DNA of 63,062 bases, counting the filler, from Psammoneis japonica (Eukaryota): NCBI GenBank assembly GCA_008632985.1. It is 2 parts of 2 records of this genome, joined end to end, with 100 filler letters (N's around TTAATTAATTAA, not from the genome) between each part and the next. Parts side by side here need not be neighbours in the genome. Positions count along the whole stretch, not along the records: positions 31,937 to 63,062 come from QPGO01000398.1; 1 more part is not named here. One strand, 5' to 3'. Each line of letters starts with the position of its first letter. Positions within the stretch are counted from its first letter, which is position 1. The position numbers and the translations under genes are program-made. Positions 61,840-63,062 of this stretch are shown in pieces. The notes beneath the pieces were generated by a model. It was not told where the DNA came from and did no database searches. It saw only the letters and a list, made by a program, of their open reading frames with translations.

Positions 61840-62250
61840 TCAAGTGCGCACATGCAAGACACCGCAAATCACTCTGATGCTTTGCAGACAGCACTGCGCA
61901 ATGTTCGCGTTCCTGTCTGCAAGAAGCCCACTTGCTTTGGCAGTTTTCTTTTTCTCAGCGTTCCGTGCCTTCTGCTTGTCGCTCTCTGACTGCTTTTGCT
62001 TCCACTTCTCTCTCTTGCTTTTTGCAACTCGATTGAGCACGTCGTCTCCAGGACGAGGGCACATCTCGTCTTTGTCTTCCTTGTCCAGAAGCGGCCGACA
62101 CTTTGTGCAAAGCTCCACCTTCTTGATGTCCTTGACCCCCGGAGCTGTCAAGGCACGTGGTCTTGTTGTTTGAAGTCTTGCTTTCCCATCATCCATTGAC
62201 TCACTCTTCCTCTTTTTGAGATCCTCGCTGGCTTCTGGCTGGCCGTCCGC
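61840..62250 (-). pseudogene. C-terminal fragment of a probable DNA-transposon protein
   Basis: PGVKDIKKVELCTKCRPLL...MCPRP (restorable to VELYTKYRP) followed by a basic tail. Confidence 0.35.
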
Positions 62251-63062
62251 TGCTTTCATGATTTTGTGCCTTCGGCAATTTTTGGCCATTGTGGTTTTGT
62301 GCCCTTTTCCACCTTGGACCCTTTCTGATTTTTTGCCCTTGGCAGCTTTGTGCCCTCAGAAACTGTTTTGCGCCCTCAGTCATTTTGTGACCTCAGCAAT
62401 TTTGTGCCCCTGCCTGGTTTGTGCTCTTTGTGATTTGGCGCCCTCAACAGACATTTTTTGTCCTTTTTGATTTTGTGCCCTTGGCGATTTTGCTGGTCAC
62501 AACAGAGCTGCAGAACAACAAGAACCTGCCCAATGAAGAGCGGGGCAAAGGAGAGAAAGTGCGCAAGATGACAAAGTTGGACCCAACAGCAGACTTGTTC
62601 CAGACTTGGGTGGCGCGCACATGCCCCTTTTCGCAGAAAAAACAACTTTTTAATGCTTTGTTCAACACCGCACATGTTTGACAAAATTGAATGTGTCAAT
62701 GGCTTTTGGGCAAAACAAACAGAACAAACTCAAACAAACAAACAGCCAAACCGGCCATGGCTTTCAGCGACCATGACGGCCCACTTTTTTCAGCCTTGTG
62801 GAAAATTGAATGTCATGACCAGGATCTCCGCACTTGACACAGTCTGTGTCATCAACAACAACAGTGAAAATGCTTGTTGAAGGCTGCAGCGCGGCACAAC
62901 AATGCCAAATCTGTCAGCAACAACAATTGAGCCTCTGTTCACTCACAATTTGCCTCTGAGGACCATTTCTTTTCTGTCACCATGTGCATTTCCTCAACAT
63001 GTTCGACTGATTCAAGCACATCAATCGTTTGTGCCTTCTGAACCGTGAAAAATGGTCCGAAG

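Noticed and set aside
31937..63062. Hundreds of overlapping Cys/His-rich ORFs on both strands
   Set aside because: By-product of TpA loss, which removes TAA, TAG and Tyr codons; not real genes or metal-binding proteins.
31937..63062. Alternative genetic code or contaminant explanation for Tyr-free ORFs
   Set aside because: Depletion is frame-independent, affects non-coding LTRs and MITEs, and also occurs at 13050-15594; the MITE family is shared by both contigs.

Overview
Eukaryotic DNA, most likely from a pennate diatom (inferred from compact genes, short introns and a CoDi-like Copia element). Two contigs are joined by an artificial 100-bp spacer at 31837-31936 (N44-TTAATTAATTAA-N44). The left part (1-31836) is gene-dense. 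It holds LENG1-like, TruA, G-patch, a five-exon AsnA, an intronless LRR-ROC-COR-TIR (Roco) gene, NCA2-like, questin-oxidase-like, p24, a COPI-associated/EF-hand gene and a frameshifted AAA/STAND ATPase. It also holds a dead tyrosine-recombinase (Crypton-like) element interrupted by a MITE. The right part (31937-63062) is nested transposon and satellite DNA: a full-length degenerate Copia, six more copies of the same GAC...GTC MITE (4-bp TSDs), composite satellite units and unidentified coding relics. The main signal is that transposon-derived DNA has lost almost all TpA dinucleotides, which have become TpG or CpA (A>G on either strand), while neighbouring genes are untouched. Three lines of evidence support this: homologous MITE copies reading TA, TG and CA at the same positions; reciprocal CA/TG differences between paired LTRs; and systematic Tyr>Cys/His changes in conserved motifs. 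This looks like a repeat-targeted hypermutation system opposite in direction to fungal RIP. All identifications are by eye; no database search was run.
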